Origin: an uncultured delta proteobacterium
Lineage (GTDB): Bacteria > Desulfobacterota > Desulfobacteria > Desulfobacterales > UBA5852
Assembly: GCA_963850465.1 (NCBI GenBank)
Contig: CAWKLN010000044.1
Span: 37,401-101,400, forward strand
Length of the DNA: 64,000 nt
Direction of reading: 5' to 3'
Shown here: positions 9,547 to 20,979 of the stretch, in pieces
Layout: every line of letters begins with the position of its first letter
Position numbering within the stretch: position 1 is the stretch's first letter
The notes under the pieces: generated by a model
Told to the model about the DNA's origin: nothing
Seen by the model: only the letters and a program-made list of their open reading frames with translations
Database searches by the model: none
Translations under genes and position numbers: made by a program

Positions 9547-10851
9547 CTATTCCAGCATTTCTTTGACTTCCGTCATGGAGATGGAAGGCATGTGTTTGAT
9601 AAAGAGGCAGAACAGAAAGAAAAACAGACTGAAACTTCCGATCATGATGCCGTACTCGATCAGGGACGGTGCAAAGAGCCCCCAGGCGTGCGGGATAAAA
9701 TCGCGCGCCACGCTGGTGATGATGATGACAAAGCGCTCGTACCACATGCCGATATTGATCAGAATGGAAATCACGAACAGGGCCACGATGCTGGTGCGGA
9801 TCTTCTTCACAAGGAGAAACAGGGGCACGACCGTATTGCAGATCGCCATGACCCAGAAGCCCACCGCATAGTCACCCGTGGGGCGGTATTGGAAGATGTA
9901 CTGCTCCAGCGGATTGTGGCTGTACCAGGCGATAAAAAATTCCGTGGCGTAGGCAAACCCCACGATCAGGCCGGTGAAGACGATGGTCTTGGCCACACTC
10001 TCCAGGACGTGCATCGTGATGATCTGCTGGGAGTTGAAAACCCGGCGCAGCGGAATCATCAGGGTCAATACCATGGCCAGGCCGGAATGAATCGCGCCGG
10101 CCACGAAATAGGGTGCGAAAATCGTGGTGTGCCAGCCGGGCACAACGCCCAGGGCGAAGTCCCAGGAAACGACACTGTGCACCGAAATGACCAGCGGGGT
10201 GGCCAGGGCGGCAAAGAAGAGATAGCCGCGGGTGTAGTGGCGCCACTGCTCGAAACGGCCGGTCCAGCCCATGGACAGCACCGTGAAGATTTTTTTGCGG
10301 AAACCGCTGGCGTTGTCGCGCACGATGGCCAGGTCCGGCAGCATGCCTGTGTACCAGAACAGGGAGCTGACCGTCAGATAGGTACTGATGGCGACCACGT
10401 CGAACATGAGCGGCGACTGGAAATTGGGCCAGAGGTTGCGCTGGTTGGGAAAGGGCAGCATGTAGTAGACCATCCAGGCCCGCCCCAGGTGAATGAAGGG
10501 AAAGAGCCCGGCGGTGCAAACCGCGAAAACAGTCATGGTTTCGGCCGCACGGGCGATGGGATTGCGCCAGCCGGCCCGGAAGAGATGCAGAATCGCCGAA
10601 ATCAGGGTGCCGGAATGGGCGATCCCCACCCAGAAGACAAAGTTGATCAGGTAGGTTCCCCAGGCCACGGGATTGTTCATGCCGGCCACGCCAACGCCGA
10701 CAAATATCTGGTAGATCCAGCAGCTGGCGCCCAGGAGGACCCCGCAAAACAGCAGCGCAATCAGGGCCCAGTAGCTTTTCCCGGGGGGCTCGAGTGTGTT
10801 GAGAACCGTCTGGTCAACCTGGGCAAAGGTCAGCTCGGACATGGGGGTCAA
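9547..10851 (-). CDS. actC: ACIII quinol-interacting membrane subunit ActC (NrfD/PsrC family)
   Basis: 434 aa polytopic membrane protein. Its start overlaps the actB stop by 4 nt. Confidence 0.8.
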   Translation of the reverse strand: MTPMSELTFAQVDQTVLNTLEPPGKSYWALIALLFCGVLLGASCWIYQIFVGVGVAGMNNPVAWGTYLINFVFWVGIAHSGTLISAILHLFRAGWRNPIARAAETMTVFAVCTAGLFPFIHLGRAWMVYYMLPFPNQRNLWPNFQSPLMFDVVAISTYLTVSSLFWYTGMLPDLAIVRDNASGFRKKIFTVLSMGWTGRFEQWRHYTRGYLFFAALATPLVISVHSVVSWDFALGVVPGWHTTIFAPYFVAGAIHSGLAMVLTLMIPLRRVFNSQQIITMHVLESVAKTIVFTGLIVGFAYATEFFIAWYSHNPLEQYIFQYRPTGDYAVGFWVMAICNTVVPLFLLVKKIRTSIVALFVISILINIGMWYERFVIIITSVARDFIPHAWGLFAPSLIEYGIMIGSFSLFFFLFCLFIKHMPSISMTEVKEMLE

Positions 10852-13796
10852 ACCTCCTGAACCACTTTTTTAAGATAGATGACCGCCGGTTTGGTGTTGA
10901 CATAGCCCATCACCTGGTAGGCCCGCGGGTCACCCACAAGTTTGCGCACTTGGCTCTCAGGGTCCATCAGACTGCCGAAGGCGATGGCCCTGGTGGGGCA
11001 GGTCTGCATGCAGGCGGGCACCACTTCACCGTCCCGAATGGGCCGCTTTTCATTTTTGGCAACATTGTGGGCGGCTTTGATGCGCTGAATGCAGAAAGAG
11101 CATTTCTCCATCACCCCCTTGGCCCGCACCGTGACGTCCGGGTTTAACTGCAGATCCAGCGGCTTCGGCCATTGCCAACTGTACCAGTTGAAGCGGCGCA
11201 CCTTGTAGGGGCAGTTCTGGGAACAGAAGCGGGTGCCGATGCAGCGATTGTAAATCTGGTTGTTGAGCCCCTCTTTGTTGTGGTGGGGTGCGTAAACCGG
11301 ACAGACCGCTTCACAGGGCGCATTGTCGCAATGCTGGCACATCATGGGCAGGAACGTCACCCGGGTGCCGGTTTCTTCGTCCAGATAGCGTTGAATCTGC
11401 AGCCAGGCCATTTCACGCCCTTCGACAATCCGCTCCTGACCGACCACACCGATGTTGTTTTCCGCATAGCAGGCCGCCGCACAGGCATTGCAACCAATGC
11501 AACGATCCAGATCCACCACCATCGTCCAGCGGTAACCCTCATGATCGTGGGGCGGATAAAAATCCCGTTTGTGATCGTAGCCCTCCGGGATCGGCAAGGT
11601 CAGCGGAAAGTCCCACATGGTCAGGCCGGGTTTCCCAGGATCGGTGGGCTTGCGCAATTCCTGCAGTGAGATCTGCATCGCAATTTTACGGCCGTGCTGC
11701 ACCCGGCTGCCGGACGTCGTGGCCAGCTTGGCGGATGCTCCGGTGGCCTTGGCGGTGATGGGGTGCGCCATAAACTGGACGCCCCCTCCAGGGTTCCGGG
11801 ATGTGTCATGCAACAGGCGCAAGGGGTTGCGCCCCTTGTCGCGGGCATAGCGGCCCAGGCCGGTGTGCCCCTGGCCCACCGCCATGACCATCACGCCCGG
11901 GACGACGCCCTCCCAGTCGTAGACAGGTGCTTCCAGCGTCTCCCCATCGCCTTGCAGGGTAACAAAATCGCCTGCGGTGACATTCAAATCGGCCGCCGTG
12001 TCCGGGTGCATCAGGACCGGGGTCTGCCAGGCGATTTGCGTCAATGAATCAGGAATTTCATTGAGCCAGGACTTATTGGCGCCCCGCCCGTCAAGATAAC
12101 GAATGGATGGCGCTGCGATCAGGATCGGGCTTTTAGGACGGTCGGCTTGCGCCTCGAAGGCCTGCGCCACAACGGCGGGGTCGATACGGGCAGGATCGCT
12201 GGGGGGCGCCGCGGCCGGCGGCGTCGTGAAAAGGCCGCCGGTCTGCAATACATTCACCCAGTCGGCGACCTGATCGATCCCGCCATGGCGTCGACGGATC
12301 GCGCGCGGGAGATACGTCTTGAAATTGTCGGCCGGGGTCTCGGTCGACAAAGAGGTCGCCAGCAGGACATCGCCCAGGGCCGGCGCATTGCCGAAACGCC
12401 CAATCGTCGGCTGCTGGATTCCCACCGCACCGGCAACCCCTTCGTAAGCGTCCCAGGATTCCAATGGTGATCGCACCGGCAGCACAAGGTCCGCCAGGGC
12501 GGTCGTTTCATCCATCACATTGGAGAAGCTGACGACATAAACGGATGGCGCCTGCAGGGCGGCAGCCATCCCGGTGTCGGGTGGCAGGGTGTAAACCGGA
12601 TTGGCATTGTTGATAAAAAGAACATCGGTCTGGCCGTCGCGTACGTCATCGACCAATTGCCGGATCACCGACCGGCGCGCGGCCGTTTCCACCCGGTAGC
12701 GCTGCTCAAACGCTAACAGCGGCAGGGCCGGATTCAGGATATAATTGAGCAGGTTGACCGCCAGGTTGGTGGCGTAGCCATTGGGGCCATGCGCGCCGGC
12801 CCCGGTACCGAGGACAAGCGGGTTCTGGGCCTGAAACAGACGCGTGGCCAGGCGATCGAAAACCGGCCCCGGCACACCGGTCTGTTCCAGCATAGCCGCC
12901 TTGGGATAACGCGTGACGATCGTTTCCAGAGCATCTTTCAAGCCAAACGGCAGATGTTCGGCACGTCCCACGTCCAGGCCGATTTGGATCAGGGTCAGGG
13001 CGATGATCGTTTCGGTATCCGGGTGGCAGGCCACCCATGCGTCAGCATTGGCACCGGTCAGCGATTGAAAAGGGCCGACATGGAAGAACAATCCTTTGCG
13101 TCCTTTGCGCATGCCGTGCATGGTCTTGAATTGGCGCGCATAGGACATCGGAGACAACCAGGTCTCCAGAAAATCCGCGCCGAAGGACACCAGCACATCC
13201 GCCCCTTCCATGCGATAGGCAAACAGGCCATCGATCCCGAAAAGTGTTTCATTGGCGGCCTTCAAGGCATCATACCCAAACGGTTCGTACACCGCCGGTG
13301 GTGATGCGTTCCAGCCCCCCATGGTCTCCGCCGCCAGGTCATAAAGCGGTGCGCCCATCACATCCGTCCAGAACTGAATACGCTCCGGTCCTTTGCGTGC
13401 CGCTGCGGCGGTTTTGCGACGAATAATGTTCAGAGCTTCATCGTTCGTGATGGCACGCCAGCCGCCCTTTTCTTTTAAAAGCGGTGATCCGATGCGATCC
13501 GGATCGTAGAGGCCCTGCAGCGCGGCCTGGCCCCGCATGCAAAGCGCACCCCGGTTGACCGGATGCCCCGGATTGCCCTCCAGCTTGATCACCCGCCCCT
13601 CGCGGTTTTTGGCGATCACGCCGCAGCCGGCCGGACACTCCCGACAGGTGGTGGCGTACCACTGGGGCTCCCCGGTAACCATGTCGTCAGGGGCCTGCAC
13701 CAGGCTGAATAGTTTGCGATCGGGATCAGGCGAACAACCAGCGGCAAACGCCATGCTGCCCATGCCGGCGATTTTAAGGAAGGTGCGACGGTCCAT
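10848..13796 (-). CDS. actB: ACIII subunit ActB: Tat-exported molybdopterin-oxidoreductase-like domain fused to a 4Fe-4S ferredoxin domain
   Basis: 982 aa. Twin-arginine signal (MDRRTFLKIAG..AAGCS). Large MopB-like N-terminal part. C-terminal Cys clusters: CIGCNACAAAC, CQHCDNAPCEAVC, CIGTRFCSQNC. Confidence 0.85.
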   Translation of the reverse strand: MDRRTFLKIAGMGSMAFAAGCSPDPDRKLFSLVQAPDDMVTGEPQWYATTCRECPAGCGVIAKNREGRVIKLEGNPGHPVNRGALCMRGQAALQGLYDPDRIGSPLLKEKGGWRAITNDEALNIIRRKTAAAARKGPERIQFWTDVMGAPLYDLAAETMGGWNASPPAVYEPFGYDALKAANETLFGIDGLFAYRMEGADVLVSFGADFLETWLSPMSYARQFKTMHGMRKGRKGLFFHVGPFQSLTGANADAWVACHPDTETIIALTLIQIGLDVGRAEHLPFGLKDALETIVTRYPKAAMLEQTGVPGPVFDRLATRLFQAQNPLVLGTGAGAHGPNGYATNLAVNLLNYILNPALPLLAFEQRYRVETAARRSVIRQLVDDVRDGQTDVLFINNANPVYTLPPDTGMAAALQAPSVYVVSFSNVMDETTALADLVLPVRSPLESWDAYEGVAGAVGIQQPTIGRFGNAPALGDVLLATSLSTETPADNFKTYLPRAIRRRHGGIDQVADWVNVLQTGGLFTTPPAAAPPSDPARIDPAVVAQAFEAQADRPKSPILIAAPSIRYLDGRGANKSWLNEIPDSLTQIAWQTPVLMHPDTAADLNVTAGDFVTLQGDGETLEAPVYDWEGVVPGVMVMAVGQGHTGLGRYARDKGRNPLRLLHDTSRNPGGGVQFMAHPITAKATGASAKLATTSGSRVQHGRKIAMQISLQELRKPTDPGKPGLTMWDFPLTLPIPEGYDHKRDFYPPHDHEGYRWTMVVDLDRCIGCNACAAACYAENNIGVVGQERIVEGREMAWLQIQRYLDEETGTRVTFLPMMCQHCDNAPCEAVCPVYAPHHNKEGLNNQIYNRCIGTRFCSQNCPYKVRRFNWYSWQWPKPLDLQLNPDVTVRAKGVMEKCSFCIQRIKAAHNVAKNEKRPIRDGEVVPACMQTCPTRAIAFGSLMDPESQVRKLVGDPRAYQVMGYVNTKPAVIYLKKVVQEV

Positions 13797-13928
13797 AATA
13801 GGTACTAGCCCTCAGCAGGTCGAAACTAGCGGTTAATGGATTGGGTCGAACACATTTGCGTCAGCGTATGCCATGGATGCGGCACCAGGGTGGCAGATAA
13901 GAATGATTCGTGATTGTATGGCTAAAAT

Positions 13929-13957
13929 TCTATACAGAACCGGTGCTGGCGTGTCAA
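13929..13957 (-). promoter_or_regulatory. Candidate sigma70 promoter for the ACIII-cbb3 operon
   Basis: The minus strand reads TTGACA (13957-13952), a 17-nt spacer, then TATAGA (13934-13929). This is ~130 nt upstream of the actB ATG. Confidence 0.4.
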
Positions 13958-14045
13958 GACGCGATGCCCTTAAAAACCGGTTATATCCATCGATTCTATA
14001 TCGGCTGGCCGGGCAATAAATTTCAATGATGGATTGAGGTTTTGG

Positions 14046-15467
14046 TCATTTTTTGGGCAGGATGTGGGTCGCCGCCCCGAGAAAGATCTCGGCGGTTTCG
14101 CCTTCGGTTTCGGAAAGGGTGGGATGGGCGTGCATGCTGAGGGCCACGTCTTCGGCCAGCGCCCCCATTTCGATCGCCAGCACGCCCTCGGCGATGAGAC
14201 CTTCGGCCCCGCGGCCGGTGATGCCCACGCCGAGAACGCGGCGCGTGCCGGCGTCGATGATCATCTTCGTGAGACCGGCCGGTGTGCCGGTGGTGAGCGC
14301 CCGGCCGGAAAACTTCCAGGGAAATTTCTCGACGGCTACGGCAAGCCCCTGCCGCCGGGCGTCCTCTTCGGTGATGCCGGCCCAGGCGATCTGGGGGTCT
14401 GTGTAGACAACGGCCGGGATGGCCCGCACGTCGAAAGCCGACGGGCGGCCGGCAACCACCTCGGCCGCGATTTTGCCCTCCACCATGGCTTTGTGGGCCA
14501 GCATGACGCCGCCGGCGATGTCGCCAACGGCATAGATATGCGGTATTGCGGTACGCTGCTGGTCGTCCACGCGAATGAAGCCGCGTTCGTCCAACTGGAC
14601 ACCGGTCGTTTCCAGGCCCAGCGTTGCGGTGTTGGGCTGCCGGCCAATGGCCACCAGGACCCGGTCCACCGCCAGGGATGCGGCGCCGTCCCCGCTTTCG
14701 ATCTGGACTTCCACGCCATGCTCCGAGGCGTCGAGACGCGTCACGCGGGAATTGAACAACAGGGCTTCAAAGGCGTCGTTCAGACGCTTTTTGAGCGGCG
14801 CCACCAGATCCGCATCCACGCCCGGCAGCAATCGATCCCCCACTTCCACCAGGGTAATCCGGCTGCCCAGGGCCGCATAGACCATACCGAGCTCGAGCCC
14901 CACGTAGCCGCCCCCCACGACGAGCAGCGTTTCCGGAATATCCGTGATATTCAACGCACCGGTGGAGCTCATGATACGGCCGCCCTGGCCGAAATCTGTG
15001 CCGGGCAGCGCCGTGGCGTGCGAACCCGCCGCGATGATGGCGCTCTTGAAGGTGACCCGCAGGGCGTCGCGGCCCTTGATGCGCACGTGGCGATCGTCTT
15101 CAAATACCGCCCGGCCCTGGATATATTGAATGCCGCGCTTTTCGGTAAGCGTGACCAAGCCCCGGGCAAGTTGATCCACCACCTGGCCTTTCCAGGCACG
15201 CATGGCCGCCAGATCGAGCCGGGGGGGATCAAAGCTTACCCCCATTGGGCCGGCATGCCGGGCATCATGGATCAGTTCGGCCAGGTGCAGGTAGGTCTTG
15301 GAGGGAATGCAGCCCCGGTGCAGACAGACGCCGCCCGGCCGTTCCGCGATATCCACCATCATGACATCCAGGCCCAGATCCGCCGCCCGAAAGGCCGCCG
15401 CATATCCGCCGGGCCCGCCGCCGATCACCAGCAGGTCGGTTTCCTGTGTGAACTCGCCCATGACCAT
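14046..15467 (-). CDS. lpd: Dihydrolipoyl dehydrogenase (E3), intact copy
   Basis: 473 aa. FAD motif GGGPGGYAAAFRAADLG, redox disulfide CLHRGCIPSK, intact C-terminal HAHPTLSE. Confidence 0.9.
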   Translation of the reverse strand: MVMGEFTQETDLLVIGGGPGGYAAAFRAADLGLDVMMVDIAERPGGVCLHRGCIPSKTYLHLAELIHDARHAGPMGVSFDPPRLDLAAMRAWKGQVVDQLARGLVTLTEKRGIQYIQGRAVFEDDRHVRIKGRDALRVTFKSAIIAAGSHATALPGTDFGQGGRIMSSTGALNITDIPETLLVVGGGYVGLELGMVYAALGSRITLVEVGDRLLPGVDADLVAPLKKRLNDAFEALLFNSRVTRLDASEHGVEVQIESGDGAASLAVDRVLVAIGRQPNTATLGLETTGVQLDERGFIRVDDQQRTAIPHIYAVGDIAGGVMLAHKAMVEGKIAAEVVAGRPSAFDVRAIPAVVYTDPQIAWAGITEEDARRQGLAVAVEKFPWKFSGRALTTGTPAGLTKMIIDAGTRRVLGVGITGRGAEGLIAEGVLAIEMGALAEDVALSMHAHPTLSETEGETAEIFLGAATHILPKK

Positions 15468-15872
15468 GATTTCGTCTCTTCCTTTTACATTTGATGACCG
15501 TTTCCGGCTTTATCAAGAAAAAGCTGACGCACACATCGTGATAAGGTTTCAAGCCGCCCCTTAAGGGGACAAATGCCTGTTTTAATGCTTTGAATTGTAT
15601 CCCCTTTGTCCCGCGCCGAGCATCGGCGGGGTGACCGGGAATAAGCGCGCGGACTGTCTGAGCCCGCCGCAGGTGGGTGAGTTTCCGCGTGCGCCGGCCA
15701 CTCCGACGACGCGCAGGGTGAAGCGGGATACGGGCGTCTTCTTTTGGTTCGTTTACTTCCACGTCTTCCACGTGGAAGAAAATGAACGATCAGGGAAAAT
15801 CTTACCGAATCGTCAAAACTCTTCCTGATCCTCTACCGGAGGTGCAGGGCTTAGATTCAAAGCAAAAGTCAT

Positions 15873-17177
15873 CTAAAAATTCAAAATCATCGTTTCCGGA
15901 TCCTCCAGGGTCGCCACCATGGTCTGCATCAGACGGATGGCTTCGGCCCCGTCCGCGATGCGGTGGTCAAAGCTCAGCACCAGCGGCAGCATGAGGCGGG
16001 GCACGATTTGCGGATCGCCTTCGGCATCAGGCCGCACCACCGGTTTGAGGGAAGCACGGCCCATGCCCAGAATGGCCACCTGGGGGAAGTTGATGATCGG
16101 TGAAAAATGCCCGCCGCCCACGGCTCCGGCATTGGTGACGGTGAAGGTGCCGCCCTGGAGCTCCTCCAGGCGGGTCTTGCCCTCCCGGGCCCGCGCCACC
16201 AGGCCCTCAAACTCCAGCGCCAGCTCCCGGATGCTCTTGCGGTCCACGTCGCGCAATATCGGCACGATCAGGCCCCGGGGGGAGTCTGCCGCGACCCCCA
16301 CGTGATAATACTGTTTGATGATGATCTGTTCTCCGGCCATGTCCAGGCTGGCATTGAAGCGCGGGAAACGCTTGAGCGCGGCCACGGCCGCCTTGACGGC
16401 AAAAACCGTCAGGGTGAGCCGCCCGCCGTCTTTCGCCATTGCCTCGGCATGGCGTTTGCGGAGGGCCTCCAGCGCGGTAACGTCCGCCTCCCCCTGGTTG
16501 GACACGTGCGGAATCTGGGACCAGGCCAGCGCCATCTGACGGGCCGTGGCTTTCCGCAGGGACCGCAAGGGTTCCGTCGCGACCGGCCCCCACTGGGAGA
16601 AATCCGGCAGCGTGGGCGATACGAGCGGACCAACGGCACCGGCCGCGTCTAACGCCAAATCGGCCTCGGCATCAGCGCCCTTCGGGGCATCTTCGGCGTG
16701 GCGTCGCACATCTTCGGCCGTCACCAGTCCTTGGGGGCCGGTCGCGCGCACCCCGTAAAGATCCACCCCCAATTCACGGGCCAGGCGGCGCGTGGCCGGC
16801 GATGCGGGTACCGGCGGGCGGCGGGCGCCTTCAACCGCCGCGGGTGCCGGAGCCGCTTGAACGTCGATCGGTGTTTCCGCCCGGATAGACGGCACGGTTT
16901 CCGGCGAAGTGGCGGCAGGCGATGCGTCGCGTTCCACTTCCCCGCCCGCGAAGACCACCAGCACATCGCCCACGTGGACCGTGTCGCCGGCCGCGACCCG
17001 CACCTCGGCAACCGCACCGGTAAACGGCGACGGGATCGCGGTGACCGCCTTGTCCGTCTCCACCTCGAGCAGGGGGTCGCCTTCCTTGATCTTGTCGCCG
17101 GGTTTGACGAAGACGTCCACGATCTCGCCCTCGTGGATGCCCTCCCCCAGGTCGGGCAGCTTGAATTCATGGGTCAT
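15873..17177 (-). CDS. Dihydrolipoamide acyltransferase (E2) of a PDH/BCKDH-type complex
   Basis: 434 aa. Lipoyl domain (LEVETDKAVTAIPSP), Ala/Pro linker, E3-binding segment (ASPATRRLARELGVDL), catalytic SFDHRIADG. Confidence 0.9.
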   Translation of the reverse strand: MTHEFKLPDLGEGIHEGEIVDVFVKPGDKIKEGDPLLEVETDKAVTAIPSPFTGAVAEVRVAAGDTVHVGDVLVVFAGGEVERDASPAATSPETVPSIRAETPIDVQAAPAPAAVEGARRPPVPASPATRRLARELGVDLYGVRATGPQGLVTAEDVRRHAEDAPKGADAEADLALDAAGAVGPLVSPTLPDFSQWGPVATEPLRSLRKATARQMALAWSQIPHVSNQGEADVTALEALRKRHAEAMAKDGGRLTLTVFAVKAAVAALKRFPRFNASLDMAGEQIIIKQYYHVGVAADSPRGLIVPILRDVDRKSIRELALEFEGLVARAREGKTRLEELQGGTFTVTNAGAVGGGHFSPIINFPQVAILGMGRASLKPVVRPDAEGDPQIVPRLMLPLVLSFDHRIADGAEAIRLMQTMVATLEDPETMILNF

Positions 17178-17188
17178 GGGCGGTCCTC

Positions 17189-18172
17189 CTATCCATCGCT
17201 GAGCAGTTTGCGGGCAGCCTTCAGCACCCGGCCCGCGTGGGGCAGGTAGTGCTTCTCCCGACTGAAGAGCGGCGTCACCACGTCGTAACCCGTCACCCGT
17301 GCAATGGGCGCTTCGAGGTAGTAAAATGCTTTTTCCACCAGCCGGGCAATGATCTCCGCGCCCGGTCCGAAGCTGCGCGGCGCCTCGTGGACCACCAGTA
17401 CGCGACCGGTCTTGCGGGCCGAGCTGGTAAAAAGCGTGTCGTCCAGCGGGGAAACCGTCAGGAGATCGATCACCTCGGCTTGGACGCCGTCTTTTTGCCG
17501 CAGATCTTCGGCCGCCGACAGCACCGGCCGCACCATGGCCCCGTAGGTGATGATGGTCAGGTCTTGGCCCTCGCGAACGATCTGCGAGCGGCCGATGGGC
17601 AGGGTCTCTTCTTCTTCGGGCACCTCTTCGCGGAAGGCCCGGTAAATGGCTTTGGGTTCGAAAAAGATCACCGGATCCGGATCCCGGATGGCGCTCACCA
17701 GCAGCGCCCGGGCATTGCGGGGGCCGGAGGGGATCACCATCTTGAGCCCCGGGGTATGGGCGTAGTAGGCCTCACGGCTTTCGGAGTGGTGCTCCAGGGC
17801 CCGCACCCCGCCGCCGTAGGGTGCGCGCAGCACCATGGGCACGGATAGCCGCCCCTGGGAGCGCAAGCGCAGGCGGGCGGCATGCCCCTCGATCTGGTGA
17901 AAGGCCTGGTAGGAAAAACCGGAAAACTGCATCTCGCACACCGGGTGCAGGCCGTAGACGGCCATGCCGATGGACATGCCGACGATGCCGGCTTCCGCCA
18001 GGGGGGTATCGAGCACCCGCTCTTCCCCGAACGTTTCGATCAAGCCGTCCGTCACCCGGAAGACCCCGCCGTCCACGCCGACGTCTTCCCCTAAAAGAAC
18101 AACACGATCGTCCTTGGCCATTTCCTGTTGCAGCGCCAGGTTCAGGGCCTGGACCATGGTCATCTTAGTCAT
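17189..18172 (-). CDS. 2-oxoacid dehydrogenase E1 component, beta subunit
   Basis: Transketolase-like beta subunit (MTKMTMVQALNLALQQEM..). The preferred ATG at 18172 overlaps the E1alpha stop (GATGACTAA). The ORF track extends to 18265. Confidence 0.85.
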   Translation of the reverse strand: MTKMTMVQALNLALQQEMAKDDRVVLLGEDVGVDGGVFRVTDGLIETFGEERVLDTPLAEAGIVGMSIGMAVYGLHPVCEMQFSGFSYQAFHQIEGHAARLRLRSQGRLSVPMVLRAPYGGGVRALEHHSESREAYYAHTPGLKMVIPSGPRNARALLVSAIRDPDPVIFFEPKAIYRAFREEVPEEEETLPIGRSQIVREGQDLTIITYGAMVRPVLSAAEDLRQKDGVQAEVIDLLTVSPLDDTLFTSSARKTGRVLVVHEAPRSFGPGAEIIARLVEKAFYYLEAPIARVTGYDVVTPLFSREKHYLPHAGRVLKAARKLLSDG

Positions 18173-19271
18173 CGGCGCCCTCCTTCCCGGCCGCCGCGAG
18201 TTCCGCCGCCAATTCTTCCTGCTGGGCCGCGAGATGGGGTGGCATTTCCGCGTAGGCATGGGCAAACATGTCCAGCGGATTGCCCATGGTCTTCATTTGC
18301 AGCTCGGCATTGTCCACGGCCGTCTGGATCTGCGCCAGCACTTCTTCGGCAATGCTTTCGATTTTCTTCTTTGAAAGCAGTTTTTTACCCTGCAGATAGG
18401 TTTCAAAGCGGGTGATGGGGTCCTTGCTCTTCCAGCCCTCCACTTCTTCGTCCGTTCGGTAGCGCCGCGGATCGTCGGCGGTGGTGTGCATCATCATGCG
18501 GTAGGTGACACACTCGATCAGGGTCGGCCCCTCGCCGGAGCGGGCCCGTGCGACCGCCTCGGCCATCGCACGATAGACCGCCAGCACGTCGTTGCCGTCC
18601 ACCTGAATGCCGGGCATCCCGTAGGCCATGGCCTTCTGGGCAAGGGTCTTGGCACGGGTCTGCTTGTGGCGGGGATGGGAGATGGCCCACTGGTTGTTCT
18701 GGCAAAGAAAGACCACCGGGGCCTGGAAGACGGCGGCAAAGTTCAGGGCCTCGTGAAAATCGCCTTCGGAGGTGGCGCCGTCTCCGAAAAAGGTCAGCAC
18801 CACCTTGTCTTCCTTGCGGTAGCGGGCGGCCCAACCGATGCCCACGGCATGCAGCATCTGGGAACCCACCGGGACGGAAACCGGCATGGTGGTGCCGGGC
18901 GGATCCACCGTGGCGGCCTCGCTGTAGCCGTTGTAGCCCATGATGACGCTTTCCAGGCTGCGGCCCCGCCAGATCTCGGCGGCGGTCTCCCGGAAGGCGG
19001 GCACCATCCAGTCCTCGGGCTGCAGCACGGCCACCGCACCAAGTTGCGCTGCCTCCTGGCCGGAAATGGGCGGAAACGTGCCGATCCGTCCCTGGCGCTG
19101 GAGTGCCAGGAGCCGTTCATCGAACCGACGGCCCAGCACCATGGCGCGGTAGATATCGAGCAGCAATTGCTCGGGAAGCGCGGGGTCCAGTTTCTTGTCC
19201 ACCACGCCCTTGGAGTCGAGGATGGAGAGGGTTTCGATTCTATCGGTAATCGCAATTTTTTTGCGGGGCAT
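18165..19271 (-). CDS. 2-oxoacid dehydrogenase E1 component, alpha subunit (TPP-dependent)
   Basis: 368 aa. TPP-binding region (FFGDGATSEGDFHEALNFAAV..VFLCQNNQWAIS). Confidence 0.85.
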   Translation of the reverse strand: MPRKKIAITDRIETLSILDSKGVVDKKLDPALPEQLLLDIYRAMVLGRRFDERLLALQRQGRIGTFPPISGQEAAQLGAVAVLQPEDWMVPAFRETAAEIWRGRSLESVIMGYNGYSEAATVDPPGTTMPVSVPVGSQMLHAVGIGWAARYRKEDKVVLTFFGDGATSEGDFHEALNFAAVFQAPVVFLCQNNQWAISHPRHKQTRAKTLAQKAMAYGMPGIQVDGNDVLAVYRAMAEAVARARSGEGPTLIECVTYRMMMHTTADDPRRYRTDEEVEGWKSKDPITRFETYLQGKKLLSKKKIESIAEEVLAQIQTAVDNAELQMKTMGNPLDMFAHAYAEMPPHLAAQQEELAAELAAAGKEGADD

Positions 19272-19566
19272 GGCAAGCCTCCTTTTTGCTTGTCATGGCA
19301 GGAATGACACCCATTTACAGGCGTGCGGTCTTAGAAAAGTAAACGGGATTAATGCGGAATATTGGACGCAAACAACGCGGCGTCAAGGAATCCGGGTGAA
19401 AAATGGAAATAATTCAGTAGGATTGACGGCATGACCGCAGAGAGATTTCCGGCATGGCGGACGGCCGGGTAGCCCACCCGCGCCTGAGCTGCGGAGCGGA
19501 CTACCGCCAAAAAAAGAAAGGTGACGCCATCTGCGTTTCAGGGCGGGCCCGGCGCTGCCCCCTTGA

Positions 19567-20977
<1,411 letters not shown>

Positions 20978-20979
20978 GG

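Noticed and set aside
13858-13875. Sigma54-like TGGCA..GC elements. Here the minus strand reads TGGCATACGCTGACGC. Similar strings lie at 27249-27266 (TTGGCGCACCAGGCTTGA) and around 25160-25180.
   Set aside because: The GG-to-GC spacing does not fit the TGGCAC-N5-TTGC consensus in any of them.
15546-15574. On the minus strand, GTCCCCTTAAGGGGCGGCTTGAAAC (extending upstream to ATTTGTCCCC...) looks like a CRISPR repeat: an internal palindrome plus a ..TTGAAAC 3' end.
   Set aside because: It occurs only once in the window. There are no spacer-repeat periodicity, no cas genes and no leader. It was treated as part of the E2-E3 spacer observation instead.
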